Notes: generated by a model from the letters alone, not told the origin. Numbered from the stretch's first letter, positions 45,005-55,500 are shown. The stretch: DNA of 64,000 bases from Candidatus Woesearchaeota archaeon UBA489 (GCA_002505585.1 DAVM01000018.1:24717-88716), one strand, 5' to 3'. Numbers and translations: made by a program.

Positions 45005-47515
45005 ATGCTTACAGATAAACAATTAAAAGAGAAGTACAAAAAGACCTTCTGGAAAGACCCTCATAAATACTATCCAACACAAGCACTTGAAGAACAAGGG
45101 TTTACAAGAGCAATTTGCAAGAAATGTAGAAAACCCTATTGGAGTACTGAAAAAAGAACAAGCTGTGGAGACCCACAATGTAACACAGAAGAAAGCTTTG
45201 GATTTATAGGGAAAAGTCCAGCAAAAAACAAATTAAGCTATTTGGAAGTTTGGACAAAATTTTCTAAGTTATTTAAAAAATTTGGGTACACCACAGTAGA
45301 TAGGTATCCAATAGTTGCAAGATGGAATCCAACAATGGAGTACACAAATGCATCAATAGCAGCATTCCAACCATTTGTAATAAGTGGAGAAGTAGAACCA
45401 CCAGCAAAAAAAGTAACTATACCACAATTTAGTTTTAGAACAGTAGACATAGACAATGTAGGAATAACAGGATCACATTTAACAGTCTTTAATATGATAG
45501 GACAATTACAATTTTTAGATAAAAAAGAATGGGATCAACAACAAGCATTTAGAGAAATATATGAATGGGTAAATAAAGGAATTGGGTTACATAAAAAAGA
45601 TGTAACTTTCATAGAAGACTCTTGGGCAGGAGGAGGAAACTTTGGTTGTTGTTTAGAATTTTTTAGCAAAGGATGTGAATTAGGTAATCAAGTTTATATG
45701 TTATATGAACAAACACCAAATGGAGTGCAAGACTTAAAGAAAAGAGTATTAGATATGGGTATGGGAATGGAAAGAAATGCCTGGTTTAGTCAAGGGAATA
45801 ATACAATCTATGATGCAACATTTCCAGAAGTAAATAAGAAGTTGTTGAAGTTAACAGGCTATAAAATAAATGACAAATTAATAAAAAAATATGTACCTTA
45901 CGCAGGGATGTTAAATATAGATGAAGTAGCAGATATCAATAAAACTTGGAAAGTAGTGGCAAAGAAAGTAGGAGTAGAAGTAAAAGAACTAAGAAAAGAA
46001 CTATTACCCTTAGCAGCAATCTACAGCATAGCAGAACATAGTAGAGGGTTATTAATCACATTAACAGATGGAGCCTTGCCAAGCAATGTAGGAGGAGGCT
46101 ATAATCTAAGAGTAATGTATAGAAGAGCATTAAGCTTCATAGACCAATATAAGTGGAATATAGATTTAAATGAAGTAGTAAGTTGGCATGCAAAAACCCT
46201 CAAAAAAGTATGGCCAGAATTTGAAGAAAACTTAGAAGATGTGAAAAATATTTTAGAAGTAGAGAAGAGGAAGTACAAAAATACAGTAGAAAAATCAAAA
46301 CATGTAATACAGAAGTTGTTGACTAAAAAAATAACAGAAAAAGACTTGTTGCAACTCTATGACTCACAAGGCATTAATCCAGAATTAGTGCAAAAAGAAG
46401 CGAAGAAACAAAAGAAAGAAGTAAAAGTACCAGATAATTTTTATGGAAAAGTAGCAGAATTACATGAAAAAAAAGAACAGAAACATACAACACAAAAAGA
46501 ACTAGTACTAAATTTAGAAGGAGTACATGAAACAAAAATATTGTACTATAATGACACTAAAAAAACAAGCTTTAAAGCGAAAATAGTAAAACAACTAGGG
46601 AAGTTTATAGTGTTAAATGAAACTTATTTCTATCCAACAAGTGGAGGACAAATGCATGATAAAGGAACAATACAAGGAGAAGAAGTAGTAGATATTTTTA
46701 AACAAGGAAAAGTAGTAGTGCATATGTTACAAACAGAACATGTCTTTCCAGAAGGAGAAGAAGTTACATGTGAAATAGATAAAGAAAGAAGATTGCAATT
46801 AAGTCAAAACCATACAGGAGCACATATCTTAAACGCAGCAGCAAAAAGAGTATTAGGAAATCACATAAATCAAGCAGGAGCATTTAAAGATGTGGATAAA
46901 TCAAGACTAGACATAACACACTATCAAGGATTAACAGAAGAAGAGTTAAAGAAAATAGAGAAAGAAGCGAATAAAATAATTAGTGACAAAATACCTATTT
47001 ACAAGAGTTTTATGAATAGAAGTGAAGCAGAAAAAACTCATGGCATGGCAATCTATCAAGGAGGAGTGCCAATAGGCAAAGAATTGAGGATAGTGGATAT
47101 AGCAGGAGTAGACGTAGAATGTTGTGGAGGAACACACTTAGATAATACTTTTGAAGTAGCGTTGATAAAGTTACTAAAATCAAGCAAAATATCAGATAGC
47201 ATAGTAAGACTAGAATACGTAGCAGGAAAAGGAGCAAGTAAAGAAATTGATAAAGAAAAAGTGTTGTTAGCAGATGCAGCAAGCATATTAAAAGTAGAGA
47301 AGAATCAAGTGCCAGCAAGAGCACAAGAACTCTTTAAATTATGGAAAGCAAACGTAAAAAAAGGTAAAGAGTTATCAACTAAATTAACAAGTGATGAAGA
47401 AATGAAAGGAAGAGATAAAGAGTTATTAGAAAAGACAGCAGAGTTGTTGAAAACACAACCAGAGCATGTACCAAAAACATTAAGAAGATTTAAGAAAGAG
47501 TTAAATATAAAATAA
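45005..47515 (+). CDS. alaS: Alanyl-tRNA synthetase (archaeal type)
   Basis: 836 aa; WNPTMEYTNASIAAFQPF, editing-domain HTGAHILNAA, C-terminal CCGGTH. Confidence 0.9.
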   Translation: MLTDKQLKEKYKKTFWKDPHKYYPTQALEEQGFTRAICKKCRKPYWSTEKRTSCGDPQCNTEESFGFIGKSPAKNKLSYLEVWTKFSKLFKKFGYTTVDRYPIVARWNPTMEYTNASIAAFQPFVISGEVEPPAKKVTIPQFSFRTVDIDNVGITGSHLTVFNMIGQLQFLDKKEWDQQQAFREIYEWVNKGIGLHKKDVTFIEDSWAGGGNFGCCLEFFSKGCELGNQVYMLYEQTPNGVQDLKKRVLDMGMGMERNAWFSQGNNTIYDATFPEVNKKLLKLTGYKINDKLIKKYVPYAGMLNIDEVADINKTWKVVAKKVGVEVKELRKELLPLAAIYSIAEHSRGLLITLTDGALPSNVGGGYNLRVMYRRALSFIDQYKWNIDLNEVVSWHAKTLKKVWPEFEENLEDVKNILEVEKRKYKNTVEKSKHVIQKLLTKKITEKDLLQLYDSQGINPELVQKEAKKQKKEVKVPDNFYGKVAELHEKKEQKHTTQKELVLNLEGVHETKILYYNDTKKTSFKAKIVKQLGKFIVLNETYFYPTSGGQMHDKGTIQGEEVVDIFKQGKVVVHMLQTEHVFPEGEEVTCEIDKERRLQLSQNHTGAHILNAAAKRVLGNHINQAGAFKDVDKSRLDITHYQGLTEEELKKIEKEANKIISDKIPIYKSFMNRSEAEKTHGMAIYQGGVPIGKELRIVDIAGVDVECCGGTHLDNTFEVALIKLLKSSKISDSIVRLEYVAGKGASKEIDKEKVLLADAASILKVEKNQVPARAQELFKLWKANVKKGKELSTKLTSDEEMKGRDKELLEKTAELLKTQPEHVPKTLRRFKKELNIK

Positions 47516-49987
47516 CTATTCTAAATAAATAGAAGGTCTACCAGGCTTAGCTTTTTTAGCTTTCTTTTCAGGGTCAACAATATCTTTAGCATTACTAGCA
47601 AACACTTTAACAAATTTAGAGCCAGTAACAGAAGTTAAGAACTCTTGTTGTTCTTCAAATATTTTAACTTCAGGAGGAATACAATAAATATACACTTTAG
47701 GCTTTTCTAACTTTAATAATCCTTTAACATGAACAATATCTCTTTGAGTTTTACTAATCAATTCTTCTTCTTGCTCAAATTTTTTATCAATTTTCTTCTC
47801 ATTACATTTAGGCCAATCAGCTAAAGAAATAAAAGGTTTATTCCCAATCTTTCCCCACAATTCTTCAGTAAGATGAGGACAGAAAGGATGGAATATCTTC
47901 AAAAAAGACTCAGCATCAGCTTTAGCCATCTCATCAACTTGAGAAAAATCTTCAATTAATTTTCTTAATTTAATAACAGCAAGATTATAATCAAAACTAG
48001 TAATATCCTCAGAGATCTCCTTAATAGCCTTATTAATCTTGCTCTCAACCTTCTTATTAGAATTCCCTAACTTCAGATTTTCGAATAATAAAGGAATACG
48101 CTTAATGATTTTAGCAATACTCTCCAAACCAGAACTACTCCAAGCAAAATCTTTATCAGGAGCAGCAACAGAAACTAAAAATAATCTTAAAGCATCAGCA
48201 CCAACCTGTTTAGTAATATCCAAAGGATTAATCACATTCCCTCTAGACTTAGCCATGACATGACCATCTTCACCATGCAACATACCTTGATTAAATAATT
48301 TAGTAAAAGGTTCATCACATTTAACAAAACCAAGATCACGTAGAGCTTTAGTAAAAAAACGAGCATACATTAAATGCATACAAGCATGTTCAGCACCACC
48401 AATATATACATCAACAGGCATCCAATAATTACCTTTCTTTTTGTCAAAAGGAAGCTTTTTATTTAAGTTATCAGTGTAACGTAAAAAATACCAAGAAGAA
48501 TCAAAAAAAGTATCCATAGTATCAGTTTCTCTTCTAGCTTTCCCTTTACATTTAGGACAAGAAGTGTTAACAAATTCTTCATTACTAGCTAAAGGATTAC
48601 CTTCACCAAACTTAACTTTTTCAGGCAAGACAATAGGTAAGTCTTTTTCTAGAACAGGAAGCACACCACAATCATCACAATACACTATAGGAATTGGAGT
48701 ACCCCAATATCTTTGACGAGAAACAAGCCAATCACGCAATTTGTATTGCACAGCTTTCTTACCCATTTTTTGTTTATCCAAAAAAGTAGTTATTTCTTCA
48801 ATAGCAACATCTTTTTTTAACCCATCAAACTTACCAGAATTAACTAAAACACCATCATTAACAAAAGCACTATCCATATCTTCAGGATCCACTTCTTTAG
48901 CACCAGGTTGAATAACAACCTTAATAGAGATTTCATACTTTTTAGCGAACTCAAAATCACGTTGATCATGAGCAGGAACAGCCATAACCATACCAGAACC
49001 ATATTCAGCAATCACAAAATTACCAGCCCATATAGGAATTTTTTCTTCAGTTATAGGATGAATAGCATAACTACCAGTAAAAACACCATCTTTCTCTAAA
49101 ACATCAAGATCAGCATCACTAGTAGAATGAATCTTATGCAAAAACTTTTCAACAGTAGGCTTTTGTTCAGCAGTAACTAAATCCATTAATTGAGAGTGTT
49201 GTGCAGAAATAACCATAAAAGTAACACCAAACAAAGTATCAGGACGAGTTGTAAAAATTTTCCAAGATTTATCATTAATTAAAAAATTAATCTCTGTACC
49301 AAAGCTCTTGCCAATCCAATTCTCTTGCATACTCTTAATGCGATCAGGCCAGTCTAATTTAGGAATAGTATCAAGCAATTCATCAGCATAAGCAGTAGTT
49401 TTGATAAACCATTGTTCTAATTGTTTAATTACAACAGGAGTAGAAGCATGACGCCAACACATACCACTATGCACTTGCTCATTAGCCAAAACAGTATTAC
49501 ATTCAGAACACCAATTCACAGGAGCATTTTTTCTATACACTAAATCTTTCTCAAATAATTTTAAGAAAAAATATTGATTCCACTTATAATACTCAACATC
49601 ACAAGTTCTTAAAACTCTAGACCAATCATAACTTAAGCCCAAAGCTTTTTGTTGCGTAATAAAATTTTTAATAGCATCATCAGTAAATTTTTTAGGATGA
49701 GACTTAGCCTTAATAGCAGCATTTTCTGCTGGCAAACCTAAAGCATCATACCCTATAGGATACAAAATATTAAAACCTAACATACGTTGAAACCTTGCAA
49801 AAATATCACCAATAGTATAATTTAAAGCATGCCCCATGTGCAAACCAGAACCACTAGGATAAGGAAACATTTCAAGAATGTATTTTTTTTTCTTAGAAGA
49901 CTCAGTGACCTTGAAAGTTTTTTTAGCATCCCAAGCAGCTTGCCACTTCTTCTCGATAGCCTTGTGGTTATAAGTCATAAAGAACAA
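47516..49987 (-). CDS. leuS: Leucyl-tRNA synthetase, bacterial-type
   Basis: 823 aa; MFPYPSGSGLHMGHALNYTIGDIFARFQRMLGFNILYPIGYDALGLPAENAA and VNWCSECNTVLANEQV match bacterial LeuRS HIGH/CP1 regions; KMSKS-like VMAKSRGN; size typical of bacterial (not ~950-aa archaeal) LeuRS. Confidence 0.85.
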   Translation of the reverse strand: MFFMTYNHKAIEKKWQAAWDAKKTFKVTESSKKKKYILEMFPYPSGSGLHMGHALNYTIGDIFARFQRMLGFNILYPIGYDALGLPAENAAIKAKSHPKKFTDDAIKNFITQQKALGLSYDWSRVLRTCDVEYYKWNQYFFLKLFEKDLVYRKNAPVNWCSECNTVLANEQVHSGMCWRHASTPVVIKQLEQWFIKTTAYADELLDTIPKLDWPDRIKSMQENWIGKSFGTEINFLINDKSWKIFTTRPDTLFGVTFMVISAQHSQLMDLVTAEQKPTVEKFLHKIHSTSDADLDVLEKDGVFTGSYAIHPITEEKIPIWAGNFVIAEYGSGMVMAVPAHDQRDFEFAKKYEISIKVVIQPGAKEVDPEDMDSAFVNDGVLVNSGKFDGLKKDVAIEEITTFLDKQKMGKKAVQYKLRDWLVSRQRYWGTPIPIVYCDDCGVLPVLEKDLPIVLPEKVKFGEGNPLASNEEFVNTSCPKCKGKARRETDTMDTFFDSSWYFLRYTDNLNKKLPFDKKKGNYWMPVDVYIGGAEHACMHLMYARFFTKALRDLGFVKCDEPFTKLFNQGMLHGEDGHVMAKSRGNVINPLDITKQVGADALRLFLVSVAAPDKDFAWSSSGLESIAKIIKRIPLLFENLKLGNSNKKVESKINKAIKEISEDITSFDYNLAVIKLRKLIEDFSQVDEMAKADAESFLKIFHPFCPHLTEELWGKIGNKPFISLADWPKCNEKKIDKKFEQEEELISKTQRDIVHVKGLLKLEKPKVYIYCIPPEVKIFEEQQEFLTSVTGSKFVKVFASNAKDIVDPEKKAKKAKPGRPSIYLE

Positions 49988-50055
49988 GTTAAAAAGCGGT
50001 TATAAAAAGCTTTTGCAAAAGTTTAAATATGTACAATCTCGAAAAAGTGCTATAA

Positions 50056-50130
50056 GGACCCGTAGCTCAGTTTGGATAGAGCGTTTGCCTTCTAAGCAAA
50101 AGGTCGCAGGTTCAAATCCTGTCGGGTCCG
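50056..50130 (+). tRNA. tRNA-Arg (anticodon TCT)
   Basis: GGACCCG/CGGGTCC acceptor, D-arm GCTCAGTTTGGATAGAGC, anticodon stem TTTGC/GCAAA loop CTTCTAA, T-loop GGTTCAAATCC, discriminator G, no CCA. Confidence 0.8.
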
Positions 50131-50175
50131 CTTATATCTGAAACGTTTAAATAACAACCAAAATAATGAAAAACA

Positions 50176-50802
50176 ATGGAAAAAATAACTAAAGTACTTC
50201 AAATTTTAACAATCTTCTTACTTCTAAGTTTTACTACAGCAGCACTAGAAGACACAGAAAAAGACTATGAAAGTGATTATGAACCAGTAGACATTGTAGA
50301 AACAGCAGCAGAAAAAAAAGAAAGAATGTTAGAAGCATTTGATAATTCAGAAATAGTACAAGGACAGATGACCTTTTCATTCACCTCAACCACTACTAAA
50401 GAAGAAGCAATAAAGATATTGAAAAAATATGATTTAGAATTACAACAATATGAAGTATGTAGTGGTGCACAAGACCCAGATGGAAAAGCAACAGACTTAG
50501 GTTGTGAAACAGAAGATTCTTGGAATGATATGATACAAATAGCAACAGTAACAGTACCAAAAGGAAAAGAAAAAGACTTAGCAGAAGAAATAGTAGATAA
50601 AGAAACAAACGTAGAATGGGCAGAACCAGAATTTGTTATGACAACAGATGATGGAGCAGTTGCTGTGCCAGGAGTATTAGAACCATTAGAATCAGGAGAA
50701 CCAGGCAACTACGAAAGTAATGTAGAAGATACTGATATAGATACTGGCTGGTTAGAAGGCATATCAACAGGTATATTAGATTGGTTTAAAAGCTGGTTTT
50801 AG
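50176..50802 (+). CDS. Secreted acidic hypothetical protein
   Basis: 208 aa; signal peptide ILTIFLLLSFTTAA; Asp/Glu-rich mature part. Confidence 0.5.
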   Translation: MEKITKVLQILTIFLLLSFTTAALEDTEKDYESDYEPVDIVETAAEKKERMLEAFDNSEIVQGQMTFSFTSTTTKEEAIKILKKYDLELQQYEVCSGAQDPDGKATDLGCETEDSWNDMIQIATVTVPKGKEKDLAEEIVDKETNVEWAEPEFVMTTDDGAVAVPGVLEPLESGEPGNYESNVEDTDIDTGWLEGISTGILDWFKSWF

Positions 50803-50841
50803 TTAAACTTAAATAAGGAAAACAAACTCTTCTCTCTAGAT

Positions 50842-50914
50842 GGCACTGTGCCCAAGTGGTTAAGGGGACCGCCTGCAGAGCGGTTATGCGCAGGTTCGAA
50901 TCCTGCCAGTGCCT
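50842..50914 (+). tRNA. tRNA-Cys (anticodon GCA)
   Basis: GGCACTG/CAGTGCC acceptor, anticodon stem ACCGC/GCGGT loop CTGCAGA, T-loop GGTTCGAATCC, discriminator U (universal for tRNA-Cys). Confidence 0.8.
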
Positions 50915-50935
50915 TTTACTTTTAAGAGGTGCAAC

Positions 50936-51121
50936 ATGACAAAAGAAGAAATAGGTGTACATTTTAAGAGAGGAGAACATAAGTGTTTACAACCAGGAGA
51001 AGCATTAGCACTCTTACAAAAGCTCTACAGTTGTGGCTATCTATGTAAAGGATGTTTGCCAAGAGTGTTAAAGCACATAGAAGAGAAAGGAAAGAAGAAA
51101 GTTAATTATGTTATTGAATAA
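50936..51121 (+). CDS. Small Cys-containing hypothetical protein
   Basis: 61 aa from internal Met of ORF 50909..51121 (upstream part overlaps tRNA-Cys); CGYLCKGC motif. Confidence 0.3.
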   Translation: MTKEEIGVHFKRGEHKCLQPGEALALLQKLYSCGYLCKGCLPRVLKHIEEKGKKKVNYVIE

Positions 51122-51938
51122 GGCTTTGCAAATACTCTTTCTTTAATTGAAACCCATTTTTCTTAGCTAATCTTTGAATTGCACGATCAAACTTACTAGA
51201 ATACTGAGCAGCAATCTTCTTTCTAAAAGCAACCTCTTTAGGTAATCCTAATTCTAAAGCAACTTCCCTTAAAATAATTTTTCTTCGTTCATTATTCATC
51301 TTTAAAGAAGGATCAATTTGCATAGCATACTTTACTAACTCTTTATCTAAAAAAGGAGCAGCTAAAGTAATATTGAAATGGTTAGCAATTGGTAAATCAC
51401 GAGCGAAATCACGAACTTCCATGTCTTTTAACCCATCCCATAAACGTTCATGAATGTTAGTTAAGTCATTCCCATACTCAATGTGCCGTTTGTATCCGCC
51501 AAAGATTTCTTCAGCACCTAAACCACCAAGGACAGTAGTAATACCATCTTCTTTTGCCATTTCCAAAACTGAAAAAACAACACACCCGATACCTACATGT
51601 GTTACATCAGTAGAATTAAGTAAAGTAACAACCTTCTTGATAACTTCTTCAGCTTCATCCAAAGAAAGAATCTTAGTCTTGATAGGTAAATTAAGTTGTT
51701 GAGCAACTTGCTTAGACCAAGAAACATCATCAGAATTCGCTAAAGCAACAGAATAGAGAGTGGGAGTAGTAGCTAATAAAGCAATTAAAGCAGAATCAAC
51801 ACCACCAGAGAAAGCAATACCAGGAGAAGGATACTTCTGAATAGCTTTTTGTAATAAAGGCTTCAGAGAAGCAATAATTTTAGCTTTATCAGTAAGGAAA
51901 GGATGATCTTGTAATTCTTTACGGAGAGATTCAAACAT
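51111..51938 (-). CDS. Asparagine synthase C-terminal-domain-like PP-loop ATP pyrophosphatase (stand-alone)
   Basis: 275 aa; PP-loop IAFSGGVDSALIA (SGGxDS); no glutamine amidotransferase N-domain. Confidence 0.65.
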   Translation of the reverse strand: MFESLRKELQDHPFLTDKAKIIASLKPLLQKAIQKYPSPGIAFSGGVDSALIALLATTPTLYSVALANSDDVSWSKQVAQQLNLPIKTKILSLDEAEEVIKKVVTLLNSTDVTHVGIGCVVFSVLEMAKEDGITTVLGGLGAEEIFGGYKRHIEYGNDLTNIHERLWDGLKDMEVRDFARDLPIANHFNITLAAPFLDKELVKYAMQIDPSLKMNNERRKIILREVALELGLPKEVAFRKKIAAQYSSKFDRAIQRLAKKNGFQLKKEYLQSLIQ

Positions 51939-52002
51939 AGGAAAAAGATAAGAAAATTAGTTTAAAAATGTTAAGGAAAATAAAAGAAAAAAAGAAGAGA
52001 AG

Positions 52003-53781
52003 TTATTTTCTCTTTTTTGTAGCACTAGCTTCATAATCAGCCATTCTTTTAGCTTTCGCAGCTTTTCTGCCACGACCGCCAGTGAAAATGAGCTTTATGA
52101 AAAAGATAGCTACAATGATTAAGATAATATCTCCAATAATCCAGAAGACTTTGGAATCACTATCTCCACCAAAGAGGTTAAACCCACCATTCTTACCACT
52201 AGTTTTACCAGCAGCTTCAACAGTGAAACTTCTTGTTTCTAAAGTGTTTCCTTTGTTATCTTTTAACACAACACTACCACTGTACATTCCAGCAGCAACA
52301 TTTTCTTTAGATTTTAAGTTCAAGAAAACAGTGCTTTCTTGACCAGCATTTAAGAACACTTTTTTACTTGAAGCTGTTTCAGCAAAATCTTCAGTGTTTT
52401 CAAGACTAACTATGTATTCAACAGTTGCATCTTCTTTGTTCACTACCTTTACTGCAAGACTTGCAAGACTATCTTTAGCTAAATTAATCTTTTCTGAACT
52501 AATCACTAAAGCATTTCTTGTAGTTGTAGGTGTTTTAGTTTTTTTACCATTGCTTGCAGGAGCACCTTCTGAACAAAGATTGTCCACAGTGTACGTTGCA
52601 GTATCACTTAATTTGTTGTTATCATAGAACGTTTGTATTTGGAATACAGAAGGTCCTTGCTTGAGTTCTCTTGGACTAACAGGTACTAAGAAAGTTTTCT
52701 CATCTCTGTCGTCTTCATCCAATTCAAATCCAGCAATTCTTTCTTGGTAACCAAAGAGTTTAGAAGTTACTTCTATAGCAACTCTATCTTCATTGGAACG
52801 TCCTAAGTTGATGAAATCAACACGAAGATTGATTGTAGTATCATCACAACTTAAAGAGGTTGGATTTGCATTAATACTCTTAATGAGTAAGTCGTGATTT
52901 TTACGTTCAACTTCTACATCGAAAGAGATCATTTCACCATGTAGTGCGCCGTTTTCGTCTTCACCACTAACTGAAAGTTCACAGTTACTAGTTTCATCTT
53001 TAGCGTCTTCTTCTACATCAAAGTTAATTGATTCTGTTTCTTCGTCTTCAGTACCGATGTCACCGATTTCTTCAGTTTTATCGTCGAAGTCAAAATTATC
53101 TTCTTCATCACAAGATATTTCTAAATCAACATCATTGATGTCTAAATTAGTACGATCATCAAATTCGTTTGAAGCTTCTACTTCTATTTCAATTCTATCT
53201 CCTGGGACGATGTTTTCTAAATTATCATCATCATCTATGCTTTGTTTTCCTTTACCATTAATAATAGCATCACTGTCTGAGATTTCTAATTGATTTTCTC
53301 TTTGCATGAATACTTGTAAATCAGCACTTATTGCAGTTGTACTAGAACTATCTTTTAATTTGATAGTTGCAACAATTAAAGCTTGTTTTTCAAAAGTAGT
53401 ATCATCAACAGCATCTAACTGCTCAGGAATTCTAGCTTTTAATTGTACATCTTTTGTAGAAGATGCAGGTATACTAACTGAATCACCAACAATAGTAAAT
53501 TGTAAATCACTAGTTTTAAAACCAGATGCAGTACTTACTTCAATAGTATCAACTGTCACAGCAGTTGTATCTGTATTCTTTACCTTAAGAGTTACTGTAT
53601 CAAAGATATCATGTTTTTCAGATTCATCATGTTCAGGGTTACTTGCTTCTTGACCGTCATCTCCGAAAGTAGGAGTATCTTTATTGAAAGATTCTGTAAT
53701 TTCTAATGCTGCGCTTGCTGTATTCATTGCAAATGCAACTGATAAAATGATTAATATATTCCATAACATAAATTTTTTCAT
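52003..53781 (-). CDS. Cell-surface protein paralog 1 (signal peptide, acidic D/E-rich module, C-terminal FWII-motif/TM/basic tail)
   Basis: Start at MKKFMLWNILIILSVAFAMNTASA (Met 22 of listed ORF); ~60% identity over ~500 aa to the C-terminal half of the 1471-aa protein (RIPEQLDAVDD, VFMQRENQLEI, CDEEDNFDFDDKTEEIGD, FDVEVERKNHDL); ends KVFWIIGDIILIIVAIFFIKLIFTGGRGRKAAKAKR... Confidence 0.7.
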   Translation of the reverse strand: MKKFMLWNILIILSVAFAMNTASAALEITESFNKDTPTFGDDGQEASNPEHDESEKHDIFDTVTLKVKNTDTTAVTVDTIEVSTASGFKTSDLQFTIVGDSVSIPASSTKDVQLKARIPEQLDAVDDTTFEKQALIVATIKLKDSSSTTAISADLQVFMQRENQLEISDSDAIINGKGKQSIDDDDNLENIVPGDRIEIEVEASNEFDDRTNLDINDVDLEISCDEEDNFDFDDKTEEIGDIGTEDEETESINFDVEEDAKDETSNCELSVSGEDENGALHGEMISFDVEVERKNHDLLIKSINANPTSLSCDDTTINLRVDFINLGRSNEDRVAIEVTSKLFGYQERIAGFELDEDDRDEKTFLVPVSPRELKQGPSVFQIQTFYDNNKLSDTATYTVDNLCSEGAPASNGKKTKTPTTTRNALVISSEKINLAKDSLASLAVKVVNKEDATVEYIVSLENTEDFAETASSKKVFLNAGQESTVFLNLKSKENVAAGMYSGSVVLKDNKGNTLETRSFTVEAAGKTSGKNGGFNLFGGDSDSKVFWIIGDIILIIVAIFFIKLIFTGGRGRKAAKAKRMADYEASATKKRK

Positions 53782-53892
53782 ACTGTTTGACCCCCGGTAT
53801 ACAACACAAGTATCCTGTGTTGCTATTGCATAGTTACAACCCATATATAAAGCTTGTGGTCTAACCTATATAATCAAGCCTAAATATGAGTT

Positions 53893-55500
53893 TTAGCGCT
53901 TTAGCGCTGTTATCACAACCTTTATACACAAAATTACAATCGCTAGTAAAAAAACATTAATTACAATCCAAATACTAGTAGGAATATCACTAATTAAAGG
54001 AAAATTAGTACTAGAAGGTTTACTATCTTCTTTAGGACTAATTTGCACTTGCACATTAGAAGAAGCAAGTACTTTAGCACCCTCCTTCACAAAAATAGTA
54101 GCACTATACTTACCAGATAAAGCAGACTCTCTAACAACAAGATCTAAGAAAACAGTAGTTTTAGATAAAGGATTAAGAGTAATAGTTTTAGTAGAAGCAT
54201 CAGCAAAATCTTCAATATTAGCAACACTAATAGCAAAAACACCTTTATTGAATTGATTATTAGTAACAACAACAGGAAGAGAAATAACTTTTCCTTGTTG
54301 AGAAACAAAATTATCTTCAACAGGTTTTATAGTAACAGCATCAGTTGCTCCACGGAATTGAAGTTGTATACGACAACTAGAAACTTCTAAAGGCAAACGT
54401 AAAGAATCAGAACCACCATCAAAATTAACTTTGACACTTAGATCATATTTTTTAGGCTTAGCATCAGCAGGCAATTTTAGTTGAAATTGACGAATAGCAC
54501 TATTTTCTTCAGCAGAATTAAAACTTTCTAAATCAAAACGTTCAGATTTTTCATTAATACGTAACTCTTTATTTGTAACAGAAACTGTAACATCATCATT
54601 ATCATCATCACCAATATTCATAACACGAATAGAAGCAGAGACAATATCTCCACAAGCCGCTACAGAAGGGAATAAGCGTGATTCAGACTCATCAATAATA
54701 ATATCATCATCTTCTAATTGAATATCAACCTTTTGTTTAGCTTGCACACAATTTAATTCTTCAAACTCATCATCAAAAGCTTTAATGAACAAAGTTAATT
54801 CATCATCTTCATCAAAATCTTCAGACTCTAAAGGAACACGTAAACGTAAATCAAAAGTTTCATCCTCATCTTCATCAATACGTTTAGTAGCTGAAGAAGT
54901 ATCAGCAATATTGCGATTATCATTAAACAAGAAAGCTTCAACTTGAGTACGAATTTCATTTTGTCCTTCATTGCTTACTTCAACTTCAATAGGAATTACA
55001 TCACCAGGTTTGAACTCATCAGAATTATCAGGCTCATCAACATCAATTTTCAAAGCAGTCCCAACTTGACCAAAGTCACAAATATCAAGATCAATATCTA
55101 TAGTAAATTTAACAGTATCTTTAGCAGTACTATTAGTTGTAGAATCTTTAACAGTTAAAGTTCCACCAAAACGTTCAAAACTAATCTTTGCATCAGGACT
55201 AACAGTAACATCAATTTTCTTAGAAGCATTTAGTGATAAAGTAGGAGCTGAAGGAGAAAAAGATAAAGTAATCTTTTCACCACGACTATCAGTCAAATCT
55301 AACTGAGAAATATCAAAATCTAGAGTAATAGGAGTAGTACCAGTATTTTGGACATTAAAAGAGACAATTTTATCTTTATTAGGAGCTACAGAAACACTTA
55401 CAGTATCTTCAAGAATATTTAGAGAAGGTACAGCAGATACAGCAGCTAGAGTAGTAATGAATAAGAATAAAGCTACAATCCAACTTTCTTTGATGCGCAT
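53893..55500 (-). CDS. Cell-surface protein paralog 2 (signal peptide, acidic module, C-terminal SIWIVIN-TM-KR)
   Basis: 535 aa; signal MRIKESWIVALFLFITTLAAVSA; diverged copy of the acidic module (ICDFGQVGTALKIDVDEPDNSDEFKPGDVIPIEVEVSNE); ends PTSIWIVINVFLLAIVILCIKVVITALKR. Confidence 0.7.
   Translation of the reverse strand: MRIKESWIVALFLFITTLAAVSAVPSLNILEDTVSVSVAPNKDKIVSFNVQNTGTTPITLDFDISQLDLTDSRGEKITLSFSPSAPTLSLNASKKIDVTVSPDAKISFERFGGTLTVKDSTTNSTAKDTVKFTIDIDLDICDFGQVGTALKIDVDEPDNSDEFKPGDVIPIEVEVSNEGQNEIRTQVEAFLFNDNRNIADTSSATKRIDEDEDETFDLRLRVPLESEDFDEDDELTLFIKAFDDEFEELNCVQAKQKVDIQLEDDDIIIDESESRLFPSVAACGDIVSASIRVMNIGDDDNDDVTVSVTNKELRINEKSERFDLESFNSAEENSAIRQFQLKLPADAKPKKYDLSVKVNFDGGSDSLRLPLEVSSCRIQLQFRGATDAVTIKPVEDNFVSQQGKVISLPVVVTNNQFNKGVFAISVANIEDFADASTKTITLNPLSKTTVFLDLVVRESALSGKYSATIFVKEGAKVLASSNVQVQISPKEDSKPSSTNFPLISDIPTSIWIVINVFLLAIVILCIKVVITALKR

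Noticed and set aside
53894-53908. GC-rich palindrome TAGCGCTTTAGCGCT in an AT-rich region
   Set aside because: Falls within the last codons of the surface protein 2 gene (…ALKR*); likely coincidental, though it could double as a terminator hairpin for the upstream gene
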